From the NCBI GenBank assembly GCA_048128005.1, contig JBEUKZ010000119.1, forward strand, positions 62,001 through 126,000: a stretch of 64,000 bases of DNA. The letters run 5' to 3'. Numbering within the stretch: position 1 is the first letter of the stretch; every line of letters starts with the position of its first letter. Both the position numbers and the translations under genes were made by a program. The DNA is from Veleropilina oligotropha (Eukaryota). Positions 1 through 11,600 of this stretch are shown here, one piece after another. Below the pieces are notes generated by a model that worked only from the letters and a program-made list of their open reading frames with translations, made no database searches and was not told where the DNA came from.

Positions 1-1046
1 TACGTAACGTAACATGCTTTCTCATGATTGACACTATCTGCATACCAATGACGGTATCATTATAGTTGCGTGTGCATATATCTATTATCGCTATTTATAG
101 CAGTCTTGAATGTTGATAGTCATAGTATAGTATATATGCTACGACATTTAAGCCGTAAGGTCCATTGCCATTTTTATAATCTCATGATTGACATTGTCTG
201 ACATGTTGGGATATTATTCAGGTCCTCCATTGTAAATTATTCGATGCAAAATGTATTCAGGGCTATTGCCTTTTCCTCGTCACGGACTGCAATTCCATCC
301 ACTGTGTCAAATTCTGAGATTCCGGGTCTTGACTTCATCTTGATATTTGCATATTTATGAAAAATATTTTTTTTTTTTTCAAAATCAACATTTCATATCG
401 AATTGTCTCATGGATTATCGTATTACTCTCGTTGCTCTATTCCTGTATTTGCGGTTGTTCATGTAGTCCATTTATGTAGTCTCTGGTTGACATGAATTTC
501 CTGTATGCAGCGTATTTGGTTTTAAATTTGATATGGCTGATGTATTCCTCCATAGTGGTTTATTGATTTTATTTTGAGTTACATTTCTTTGCTGGAATAG
601 TGCACCCAGCATATTTCCTCAATGTTTCTTCTAGTGTATTCCAATTTGCATCTGCCAAGTTTGCAGACAATAGAACAGTCCAGTCAGTTCTAGCTCATCT
701 CATTCAGATGGGTATAGTCGCCTTTATCATTTTGGACGATTTTTGTATTTGGTCATGGTTCATCGTAATATCATATTATCCTATACATCATAACTAAGTG
801 ATGATGACTGTTACGGATAGGTGTGTCGTAGCTTAATTCCTTCACCATGTCACATTCATTATAGGATAAGCTTCAGTATATTAGTCTGGTGTTGCCATCG
901 GTGGTGAGTGGGTAAAAGTACGTATCTCGGATCAAGTCTAAGAACTGTGGACTCGGGGTCTTATTTGTCCCTCATGTTAACTGCTCGTTTCAGTAATTCA
1001 TTTTTTGAAGATCCTGATTTTGGCGTTGCCTTGTGTCCTCGAGTTT

Positions 1047-1178
1047 ACAGGTGGTCTTACGAAGCACGAGCGACTCCATGCTGGAGATAACCCGCATCAG
1101 TGTGCTGTGTGTAACAGTGCCTTTTCTCAGGCGCACAGACCCAGAGCGCACATGCTTTCTCATGATTGACACTATCTG
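1047..1178 (+). pseudogene. C2H2 zinc-finger gene 3' fragment
   Basis: Translates as GGLTKHERLHAGDNPHQCAVCNSAFSQAHRPRAHMLSHD*. Similar to 8330-8430, and its last 29 nt match 12-40 exactly. Confidence 0.75.
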
Positions 1179-1217
1179 GCCCTTCTTGTTGATGATTGAT
1201 ATCGCTCATCATCACGG

Positions 1218-1484
1218 GGCCGCTTCGGCAGCGCAGTGGGTAGAGTGTCCACTCTAAATTCACTGGCTTGATTCCGCTAATGCGAACAGTAGTGGGTCCA
1301 ATACCTGGCTGAGGCATTGACATTTTTTCAAGTTATGAATCACAGTGGTCGGTGACTGGCCGAAGAGGGCGGGTTTACCCGGGCGACCGGGGTTTCCTCC
1401 CGCGATAACACGGACATGTCCTGCCATGAACCTCGATGTTGTAAATATACAGGACATTAAGCATCATGCCACCCTCCCTCCCTC
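1218..1484 (+). mobile_element. tRNA-derived SINE
   Basis: A-box-like CAGCGCAGTGG, degenerate B-box, body GGTTTCCTCCC, (CCCT)n tail, 11-bp TSD CATCATCACGG (1207-1217 / 1485-1495); close paralog at 2047. Confidence 0.85.
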
Positions 1485-2046
1485 CATCATCACGGAGTGT
1501 GAGTAACCAGCAGTTGAACATTTGGTCAGTAAGTCAGGTAAGACATATTATTGTCTTTGGAACTGTTAGTAGATTGATAGACTCATCCAGGCATCATTTT
1601 GTCCTTACCATGAAGTCCGATTTCTATTCAGATTGCATCCTGGAACTGACTTTGCTCTAACTATTTACCTCTATTGTTTCCAATTGAATTTTATGTCCAA
1701 AACAACTCCTTTGTATGTGCTTTTTAGGTCACAGAAACAGGCAGAGGTGGTAGCGTTCAGTTCCTATATTTTGTGGGCATCTTGTATTTGTAGGCTTGAT
1801 TTCAGTGAGGCATATTATGTATTGTGTACAATTCTTCCAGTTTATTTACAAACGAGTCTGTATTTCAATAAATAATTTCAAACCAAAACAAGTTCGCTTA
1901 TAACAGTGTTTTTATTTTTAGCTTACTGTTGCTCGACTCCCGTTTTGTGGATCTAGATGCTCCTTGTTTACTCTTATAAACTGTCTCCTCCGTATGTCCA
2001 TTGGCAAAAATTGTCATCTTCGGCAATCAGCTGTTCCTAGTTATCC

Positions 2047-2310
2047 AGGCCGCTTCGGTAGCGCAGTGGGTAGAGTGTCCACTCTAAATTCACTGGCTTG
2101 TTTCCGCTGACGCGAACAGTAGTGGGATCGATCCCCGGCTGAGGCAGCACACATTTGTTCAAGTTATGAAGCACAGTTGTCCGTGACTGGCCGAGGAGGG
2201 CGGGTTTACCCGGCGACCGGGGTTTCCTCCCGCGATAACACGGACATGTCCTGCCTTGAACCTCGATGTTATAAACATACAGGACATTAAGCATAATTCC
2301 TCCTCCTCCT
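2047..2310 (+). mobile_element. tRNA-derived SINE (same family)
   Basis: A-box TAGCGCAGTGG, B-box-like GGGATCGATCCC, (CCT)n tail, TSD CCTAGTTATCC (2036-2046 / 2311-2321). Confidence 0.88.
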
Positions 2311-3649
2311 CCTAGTTATCCGCTATCAGTTTTCTCCAATTTTTTTATTTCTTCATTTTGTGTTTGGGTAAGATCTGTTGCTATGAAGATGTTTCTTATA
2401 ATGGGGTCTTATTTGTCCCTCATGTTAACTGCTCGTTTCAGTAATTCAATTTTTGAAGATCCTGATTTTGGCGTTGCCTTGGGTCCTCGAGTTTGCTCGT
2501 TTCAGTCAGTTGGTATTGTACCCAGACACACCATAATTGTAATTTCCCTTCCTCCACATCTAGGTGTTATAAAATTGTGAAGCGACCGCAACCTGTCTTA
2601 TACATATTCGTCTTATCTCCATAACATTATAATTTCATATGGTCGAATATTTGCAAACCTCGCCGTGTTGATTTGATGTCACATGAGTCATTGACCCTGT
2701 TCAGATAGCTCCACAGATGCGATGAATTATTGAATAGCTTTGTATGTTTTGCAACAACATTTACAACGATTCCATCGTATGCTAATTGGATACCACGGCA
2801 TATGCACTTAATTGCATTAATTTAGCAGTTGAACAACATCATACATCATCTTGTTATGTTAATACCATATTGTAGTGTTGTGGCCCCGAATTGTACTTTT
2901 GGAATGTGTATAATGTTACTCTAATATGATAACCTAGTCTCCTTTTATTGCCGTTGTCAACCTGTTAGAAATTCAGTCATTGCGATACAACAGTCACCGT
3001 CATTATATAGTTAACAACAAGAGCAATCAGAGGAGATAGTAAACCCTGCCACGGGGTAAAGGGAGACGATGGTGAAAGTCATAAATGTCTACGGTCAATA
3101 TTTCTAAACATGAATTACAATCATAAAATGTAATCACAAATTTAAAATAATAAGAAATACCAAAATTTAAATAAAAACAAATATATATATATTGGATGTA
3201 ATAGGAGTCGAAAGCGTGACCTCTAGATCTACCGCTAACGCCTTAACCGTTTGCGCTATGCAAATAGTCTAATTAATACGGCTAGTTTAGGCTATTTACA
3301 TTTGGTGTTAGATTTTTTGTATTTGCAAATTTTGCGGAAGTTGACAATACTTAACTCGCAATAACTCAATAGTTAATAAAGCGGTATACCTGAAATTTTC
3401 AATAGATAGTTTATGATAACCTTGCCTAATGCTGTAAATTATGTCACGGCGTCAGCAGTATTTAAAGAGCTATCACAAATATCGCACCGTCTCGACGATT
3501 TTGTCTTCGGAGCAAAAATATTGCTACAAATTCGCTAAAACACAAAGTATGTCGATAAGAGTTGTAGATAATGTCCCACTCTGTTACTTGGTAAAATGTG
3601 AGGTATCTGCTTACAGATTTACAGCATTTATTTGCAATTTGCTTTGGTT

Positions 3650-5030
3650 GATTTCTAATCATTATGGTATTCGCGGGATACCACTTAAATGGTTTGAAAA
3701 TTACTTATTTAATAGGAAACAATTTGTTTCAACAGGCATCAAACGATATCATGTGGAGTGCCACAGGGTTCTATACTAGGACCATTATTATTCATTATTT
3801 ACATAAACGATTTATCGAATACCTCTAAATTACTAAAATTCATTATTTTTGAGGACGATACTAATATATTCTTCACGCATAAATCGTTTAAAACGCTAAT
3901 AAGTACAATGAATGAAGAACTAAAATATGTTAGTCGGTGGTTTAAAATTAATAAATTATCTTTAAACATTAAAAAAACAAATTTCATCTTATTTGTCAAT
4001 AAGTTAAAAATGCATGCCACAGAGGAAGCCAAAGTTAAAATTGAAGAAATTTATATAAAGCAAGCAAGTAGCACAAAATTTTTGGGCGTAACATTAGATG
4101 AAAACTTAAACTGGCATGAACATATTAAAAATATTAGTACTAAAATATCAAAGAACATCGGTATTATCTAAAAATTAAAACAATCATTACCTTCGTACAT
4201 ACTCCCACACTATACACAAGCTTAAAACTTCCATATTTTCAATACTGTAATATCGTATGGGAACTACATATCATTCAAGAACATAAAAGCTTTTTATATT
4301 GCAAAAACGTGCAATAAGACTCATCACCTCCTCCAGCTATCTTGAGCACACTTCCCACTTTAAGAAATCCAAGCAACTAACAATTTATGATATAAACAAA
4401 CACCAAACTGGTATATTTATGTATACATTTCACAATAATATATTACCCAAGTCATTTAATAACTATTTTCATTTTCATGAAAATTCAAGCTTTCACTCAC
4501 ATAACACCAGATTAAAGGAAAACTATCATTTAATAAAATACCGTACAACTTTACGGCAATCAGAAATAAAATATCATGGACCTAAACTGTGGAATAACTT
4601 GAACGAAACGCTACGAAAATCGACCTCTTTGTCACAATTTAAAAGACAGTATAAATTATTATTAATATCAAATTATCATGCATAACCATACTTTCTTAAT
4701 CATATCAAATAAGCATCACTTTCACACATGCACGCACACCATACACAGACAAATACGCATATCCACTTACACGCATACGAAAATAGTTAAATAGTAATTA
4801 AAAAAACCGATATATTCATTGGGCGGTCAACTCATAAGCTCGAAAGGGTTTCTGACCTTCCATCCATAACAACAAACTCGTATCATCTTTAAATTGCGTA
4901 TATGTTTCATCTCTTTGTCAATTTATAATGTTAGCTTTCCCATACAAATCGATATATATATGTACACAGGTGTATTTTATTTATACAATTATTGTTATAT
5001 TTGTAGGTAGTATTATTTTTATATGATATT
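3650..5030 (+). mobile_element. 5'-truncated L2/CR1-clade LINE: RT C-terminal part plus 3' UTR
   Basis: YGIRGIPLKWFENYLFNRKQFV, (G)VPQGSILGPLLFIIYINDL, FEDDT (degenerate YADD), KFLGVTLDENLNW and QKRAIRLI across frameshifted ORFs 3441-3779, 3758-4171 and 4299-4685. Confidence 0.9.
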
Positions 5031-5039
5031 GTATGGTGA

Positions 5040-5349
5040 CAGGGGCGGATCCAGGGGGGTCCATGGGGGTCGGAGTTGACGGACCAAGTGCCCTATTGCC
5101 TTGGCCATTAAAAAACTCAATGTGTTAGATTGTGCAAAAATGAAAATTCCCCATACATTTTAGTGAAAATGGTTCATAAATGTTGGTAAGAAATCTCGCT
5201 TTTGCCCTGTCAGAGTGCAGGAGAGGAGGTTTCAGGCTGTTAATTGTCAAAATTTTATTTCGCGTAGGGCCCCGTCCCCACGCGAACAGTTGTTAGTATA
5301 TTTTATGAAAGTTGGACCCCCCCTTAGCAAAATCCTGCATCCGCCCCTG
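5040..5349. mobile_element. MITE with CAGGGGCGGAT termini (hAT-like ends)
   Basis: CAGGGGCGGATCCAGG ... CCTGCATCCGCCCCTG inverted ends; GGTGA on both flanks. Confidence 0.75.
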
Positions 5350-5379
5350 GGTGATATGGTAAAAAAAATTATATTATAT

Positions 5380-5580
5380 TACATTGATACGGTTTGTCTT
5401 TCGTATAAGTGCGCGTGTGCGGTACTAGGGCGAATTGATACGGCAATGCCTGTTCACACACCGTGCATCGATATGGTTTCTCCCCCGTGTGAGTTCGTAA
5501 ATGTAACCGAATTACGAAAATGCCCTGGCGCAAATACAACACGTGTGTGTTTTTCTCCTGTTGCTAACGCATGTACACTC
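5380..5580 (-). pseudogene. C2H2 zinc-finger remnant
   Basis: Minus strand gives CCICARAFS* and THTGEKPYRCTVCEQA; paralogous to 32420-32500. Confidence 0.7.
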
Positions 5581-5668
5581 GTCACTCATTTATTATTTAA
5601 CTGAATCACCGCATATAATAAATATGGCGCTGGTAAAATATAAACATATTTGAGTCATTTTGGTTGAG

Positions 5669-6771
5669 GTAAGATATTGACTAAAACCCTTCACAATATC
5701 CTAAGCTATCGTTGCGCAGACATCACTCATTAACAAAGAACGACGATTGCTTTCTTTCGGCTGTTCAATAACCTATATGCAATATTGTGGCTGAAATTCA
5801 TCATGTAAAAAGAGCAGAACACATCGGCTCTTGGTGAAATCGTTGAAGCGCATTTTAACAAACTCGCCGCCAGTATCGATATATCCCGTCTCCCATTTTA
5901 TTGTTTAGGCGCTCCAATATATCCTTGGCGTATGGGTAATCAGTTCCCCGGGTGCGAACGTGTTAATGTCGATGTTGTCCCTAAAGTGACTATTGCTCGA
6001 AATAACACCATTTTCCTGAATGCGTAGCATTACTGAACTGCCTAGGCGTATCCAGCGGGGGTCGGTGGGTTTCAATTTCAAATTCCTGGCTGCGCCCACC
6101 AATTTTTAACAGCCTGTAAAATGAATCGGACGGACGTTTCGCACAGATTGGTGCAAATTGCGCGAATATTTGATCGATATATCATCAATTGTTTGATTTC
6201 TATTGAAATTACTATTGTAACTGAGCAATATATGTTGATGTCAAACTAAAAAGCTATTGTAGTCCTACTTGACGAGCAGAAAGTAGCTTTGTAAGCAACT
6301 TTGCTTCAACTAGGTATATTGGAAATATCAATTAAATGTCAACAACAAATTGTCCAATAATTACTTCACGCACCCACTCTGCCACATATGGCTGAGACCA
6401 AGTGCGCGAAATAACCTTAAGCAAAGCAATGATTGATTGACGACTAGAGCGTTGGTCCATAAATGTTGCACATGGTCAGTTATTCAATACCCGTTACCTG
6501 CAAAATCAAACGTTACCTGCAAAATACCACATTTGTGGTGTTATTTCGAATGTAAATTACGTAAATAAACAGAATCAGCATCTTTAAAGTTTGGTTTGTA
6601 TTTGTCTGCATGCGGCTTCACTGAGATGTATGCCCACATCCGTAATATGTTCGTGACATAATTATTGATTTGTAGATCAATATTTGTGTTTGCCACCGTG
6701 GCGCCATACAAATTTATAAACCTGCTAACGAAATTGTTACATGTATTAAAATATTACGTGTATATTTCTAG
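5669..6771 (+). other. Putative 5'-UTR intron of the ZNF gene at 7015
   Basis: Donor GAG|GTAAG at 5668/5669, branch-like CTAAC at 6725, acceptor TTTCTAG ending 6771; YY1-like AATATGGCG at ~5621. Inferred only. Confidence 0.4.
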
Positions 6772-7014
6772 GTAGATTGATAAAGGAAATTCACCTTGGA
6801 GACTGGAGCTGCTATCTGCTTCAGTCATTCGTTGATCATCGTAAATGTTAAAGTAGTTGAGAACAACACCGATCGATCATCAGTTACCGTGCATAGCTAA
6901 TCGAAAGCGTCCAGTCAGCAAGGAATAGTATATACGTATTACGATATCGTAACATAAAAGCAAGGGGGCTAATGTGACATATAGTATGATATGATACGAA
7001 GATAACGGGTACAA

Positions 7015-8307
7015 ATGCTGAATTGCGCGTCATGTGACAAAACTTTGGGGCGTGTGAATTCCATAAACCTCCACATGCTTACACATACCGTGGAAAAGCC
7101 CCACCGATGTGTCACATGTAAGACGGGATTTGCACAGGCTGGTTATCTTAAGAAGCACATGCGAACCCATACTGGAGAGAAACCGTATCAGTGTGTCGTG
7201 TGCAATAAGGCATTTTCACAATGGCATAATCTTAGAGAGCACTGGCGAACCCATACTGGAGAGAAACCGCATCAGTGTGTTACATGTAAGAAAGCATTTG
7301 CATTGGCTGGTAGTCTAAGGAAGCACATGCGAACCCATACTGGAGATAAACCGTATCAGTGTGTTGTGTGCAATAAGGCATTTTCACAATCGCATAATCT
7401 TAGAGAGCACTGGCGAACGCATACTGGAGAGAAACCGCATCAGTGTGTTACATGTAAGAAGGCATTTTCACTGGCTGGTAATCTTAAGACGCACATGCGA
7501 ACTCATACTGGAGATAAACCGTATCAGTGTGTTGTGTGCAATAAGGCATTTTCGCAATCGCGTAATCTTAGAGAGCACATGCGAACGCATACTGGGGAGA
7601 AACCGCATCAGTGTGTTACATGTAAGAAGGCATTTGCATTGGCTGGTAGTCTAAGGAAGCACATGCGAACTCATACTGGAGATAAACCGATTCAGTGTGT
7701 TGTGTGCAATAAGGCGTATTCAGAATTGGGTAGTCTTAGGGGGCACATGCGAACCCATACTGGAGAGAAGCCGTATCAGTGTGATGCGTGCAATATGGCG
7801 TTTGCAGTTTCGGGTCAGCTAAGGGAGCACTGGCGAACCCATACTGGAGAGAAACCGCATAAGTGTGTTTCATGTAAGAAGGAATTTGCATGGGCTGGTG
7901 GTCTAAGGAGGCACATGCGAATTCATACAGGGGAGAAACCATATCAGTGTGAAGTGTGCTATAAGGTGTTTTCACACTCTGGTGTTCTTAAGGATCACTT
8001 TCGTACCCATACTGGAGAGAAACCGCATCGATGTGCTGTGTGCAATCAGGCATTTTCAAAGTCTGGTCATCTTGTAAACCACATGCGACGTCATACTGGA
8101 GAGAAACCGTATAAGTATGTTGTCTGCAATCGGGCATTTTCTGAGGATGGTTCCCTTAGAAAGCACATGCGAGTCCATACTGCAGAGAAACCGTATCGGT
8201 GCGCTGTGTGCGATCGGGGATTTTCCCAGTCGGGCAGTCTGAAGAGGCACATGCGAATTCATACTGGATATAAACCGTATACGTGTGTTGTGCGCAATCA
8301 GCCTTAG
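7015..8307 (+). CDS. Tandem C2H2 zinc-finger protein (~15 fingers), single coding exon
   Basis: 430-aa ORF of CxxC-x12-HxxxH repeats with TGEKP linkers. One finger has C>Y, the last is broken, and degenerate finger sequence continues past the stop to ~8430. Confidence 0.9.
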   Translation: MLNCASCDKTLGRVNSINLHMLTHTVEKPHRCVTCKTGFAQAGYLKKHMRTHTGEKPYQCVVCNKAFSQWHNLREHWRTHTGEKPHQCVTCKKAFALAGSLRKHMRTHTGDKPYQCVVCNKAFSQSHNLREHWRTHTGEKPHQCVTCKKAFSLAGNLKTHMRTHTGDKPYQCVVCNKAFSQSRNLREHMRTHTGEKPHQCVTCKKAFALAGSLRKHMRTHTGDKPIQCVVCNKAYSELGSLRGHMRTHTGEKPYQCDACNMAFAVSGQLREHWRTHTGEKPHKCVSCKKEFAWAGGLRRHMRIHTGEKPYQCEVCYKVFSHSGVLKDHFRTHTGEKPHRCAVCNQAFSKSGHLVNHMRRHTGEKPYKYVVCNRAFSEDGSLRKHMRVHTAEKPYRCAVCDRGFSQSGSLKRHMRIHTGYKPYTCVVRNQP

Positions 8308-8639
8308 TCCCCAAGACGCCATTAACATAAGCGAATCCATAAGGGAGATAACCCGGATCAGTGTTATGTGTGTAACAGCGCTTTTTCTCAGGCGCACAGA
8401 CTCAGTACGTACATGGTTTCTCTTTATCAACACTAACTGCATGCGCGATGCGGTGTCATTGTAGTGGTATATATGCATAATATATATATAACAGTTTGTA
8501 TATTGACACTCCTAGTATAGTATACATTTTACGACATTTAGGCCTTAGCAATAATGCAAATGCATTTATGCACAAACGTGAATTTCCCGATTAAAGGCAA
8601 CACTGTATTTTATTTAGTGATGTATCCATAATAACAATT

Positions 8640-11600
8640 AGAAGGTAGTTCTGCTGTCCGACAGAGGCAACTCTGTGAACTGCAAGCAATAACTCTTACA
8701 AGAGTGGGCCGCAACTATTGTTGTCCCGTGGATTGGAATATGAACGTTATTTCCCCCTTTCGTCCAATTATTGTGATATGTACAGCATTGAGGTTTCATC
8801 TGACCGGCTGGAATATCATATATAATATTTCCGGTCTCATCATCTTCATCCACTGTGTCAAGTTCGGAGATTCCTGATGTTAACCTCACCTTGATATTTC
8901 CACATTTATGAAAATCCTTTGGGTTATGCATGTGGTGTTTTAGCAATCATCATTTCATATTGTCGCATTGTTTCACGTGTTGCACTCCTTGCTCAATTCC
9001 TTTATTTGCAGTATAGTTGGTGTAGTCCCTTCTTTCTCTGTTTGGTGGCCATTTGGGGCATGCACCGTACATGGATAGGGTTGCTGTATTATTACATCCT
9101 GGTTTGGCTCGCATGCAACGCAAATGCTAGTCTATGTAATGAGCATGTCGTCTGGCTCGCATGCAACGCACATGCTAGTCTATGTAATGAGCATGTCGTC
9201 TGGCTCGCGTGCAACGCAAATGCTAGTCTATGTAATGAGCATGTCGTCTGGCTCGCATGCAACGCAAATGCTAGTCTATGTAATGAGCATGTCGTCTGGC
9301 TCGCGTGCCACGCAAATGTTAGTCTATGTAATGAGCATGTCGTCTGGCTCACATGCAACGCAAATGCTAGTCTATGTAATGAGCATGTCGTCTGGCTCGC
9401 ATGCAACGCACATGCTAGTCTATGTAATGAGCATGTCGTCTGGCTCGCATGCAACGCAAATGTTAGTCTATGTAATGAGCATGTCGTCTGGCTCGCGTGC
9501 CACGCAAATGTTAGTCTATGTAATGAGCATGTCGTCTGGCTCACATGCAACGCAAATGCTAGTCTATGTAATGAGCATGTCGTCTGGCCGGCCGGCCTTT
9601 CGTCCGACCAGTGTCAACAGTTGGTTCTCCTGTTAAAGTTTTTGATTAATATTTCTCAAACATGCTATTTTATATTGTGCAAGAATAGACATGCTTTGGC
9701 ATCTCTCTTTGTTAGATATCACTATTTCATTGTCATCTAACCCTATAGTAGAAATATTAGAAGCAATTTAAAAAGAAATTTTGCTTATACATAGCCATTT
9801 TTTATTTAGATAAATTTGATCTTTATGCAACTGTTTATATACTTTACATGTCTATCTCAAATTGACAATTTCATCTTCTATTGAATGTAGACACAAAACT
9901 CATGAATGTAAGTTATTGATGCGCAGTTCCACGCATGCGATCCGTTTCAGGCTTTTGCTCTTGTTATAATTGGAACTACATTTATTTGTTCGAATAGTCC
10001 ACTCTGCATATCTCATCAATGTGTCTTCAAATATATTTCATTTTGCGTCTGCTATGTTTACAGACCGTAGAACAATCCAGGCAGTTTCGAAAATCATCTC
10101 ATTCAGATATGTATAGTCGCCTTTATCGTATTAGATTATATCTAAATTTGCTCATCGTAATATCATATAATCCTTTATCACATTACAAACCTGTTATGGA
10201 ACCGCAGAACCCGTTTCATATTTTCCATATGAAACACACGTCTAATAACTATAGAAATGCCGACGAGCATGATGTCATCTGGCGCGAATTTGATTGGTTG
10301 GATCATCATCCTAATTAACATATTGATTAATTCACACCCGTTGATTGGTCTACTGAACGAAAACAAATATAATGACCTATTTTGTATTAGCGTACTGACG
10401 TGGTACGTACTCTCGTGGCGTGATGCGTCTCAGTTTAAAAATGTAAAGAAATCATTTTAAAAACGTAAAAAAGAAGTTTAAAGGTAAATAATGTCATGTG
10501 ATAAAGAAGATTTCAAACTTGTTTCCATTGCATATGGTAATTATCAAACTCATCAGCAAATGTGCCTCGCTAATAGTCTGTACATAAATGATGCCCGTCT
10601 CGTTTCATAATTCTCATATGAAATGGAAGCTCGTTCATATCCTATATATATACGTCAGAACTGAACGATGACTTCTACCGGAAAATTACGATAGGTGTGT
10701 CGTATCTTAAGTCTTTCACCATGTCGTGTTCATTCGATAGGATAGTGTCCAGTATATTGGCTTGCTGTTGTCACAATAGCGTAGGAAGAAAATTTGGATT
10801 GGGAGGTGGGAGGTAAGAGAGAAAAAGGGCACTTTGCTTTACTAATTTTATATAAAGGTAATTTTGAGCCGTACATTGCTGCATATATATATATGTGTGT
10901 TTGATGTGGGGGTTGACGATAATTTTCCAAATGTAATTATGAAGGGAGTCGAATAATACTATGAATGGTCCGCGTGGTGGTGGGTCCGACCCGGAAAAAT
11001 ATTTTGGCAAATAACCTTGTGAAATCCCCTCTACTGTATTCTGAGAGCGCTAATGTTAAATTTCGTTGAGCCATTTTCACCACTCTGTAACATTTTTCAA
11101 TTTGAAAGATAGTCCTACACTATGAAATATGTATAGCATTTTTTTGTCACAAAAGTGGACATTATCCCAACTAATACTAATCGGAATAGGAAATATTATA
11201 ATTTATTGAACATAAAATCATAAATTTGGTTAGGAGGTACGTTGTAAGTTGCATTGTTTATAACTTGTGTATTAAAGATATCTTTGAAGTGTATATGTTC
11301 CGCGCGTTTTCTCATTTGCGCTGCGCCTTTTCTCAATTTTGCTTTTATATTGTATTTTTAGGCATATTTTCTGTTAGGCATTTAATCTACTGTGCTTTCT
11401 GTTGTACAGGTATTACCAATTATTTCCGTATATTTACAAAGGAGTCTGTACTAGTATTTTAATAAAAACATTTTAAACCAAAATAATTGCGCTTATTTAC
11501 AGTCGCCTTATTTTTAGCTTGCTGTTGCTCTACTACTCTTTTGTGGCTCTGGATGTTCCCTGTTTACTTTCAAAATCTGTCCATTTGGAAAGACTCTTCC

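Larger units (their letters stand above)
180..2940 (-). mobile_element. Degenerate 5' half of a CR1/L2-group LINE (ORF1 C-terminus, APE endonuclease, tether; RT absent), copy A
   Basis: Minus-strand translation gives ORF1-like 'RNIFIATDLTQTQNEEIKKL' (~2340-2400), APE-like 'DSFVNKLEEL..IICLTEIKP' (~1790-1860) and tether-like 'FHKYANIKMKSRPGISE..DEEKAIALN' (~255-360). Many stops and frameshifts; boundaries approximate. Confidence 0.7.

Noticed and set aside
1218..1310. Functional tRNA genes (also at 2047-2140 and 3200-3260)
   Set aside because: No complete cloverleaf; these are SINE heads or tRNA-like repeat fragments.
8919..9740. 273-aa Cys/His repeat protein (VVWLACNANASLCNEH)
   Set aside because: It is a 48-bp minisatellite open in several frames on both strands, embedded in a LINE remnant.
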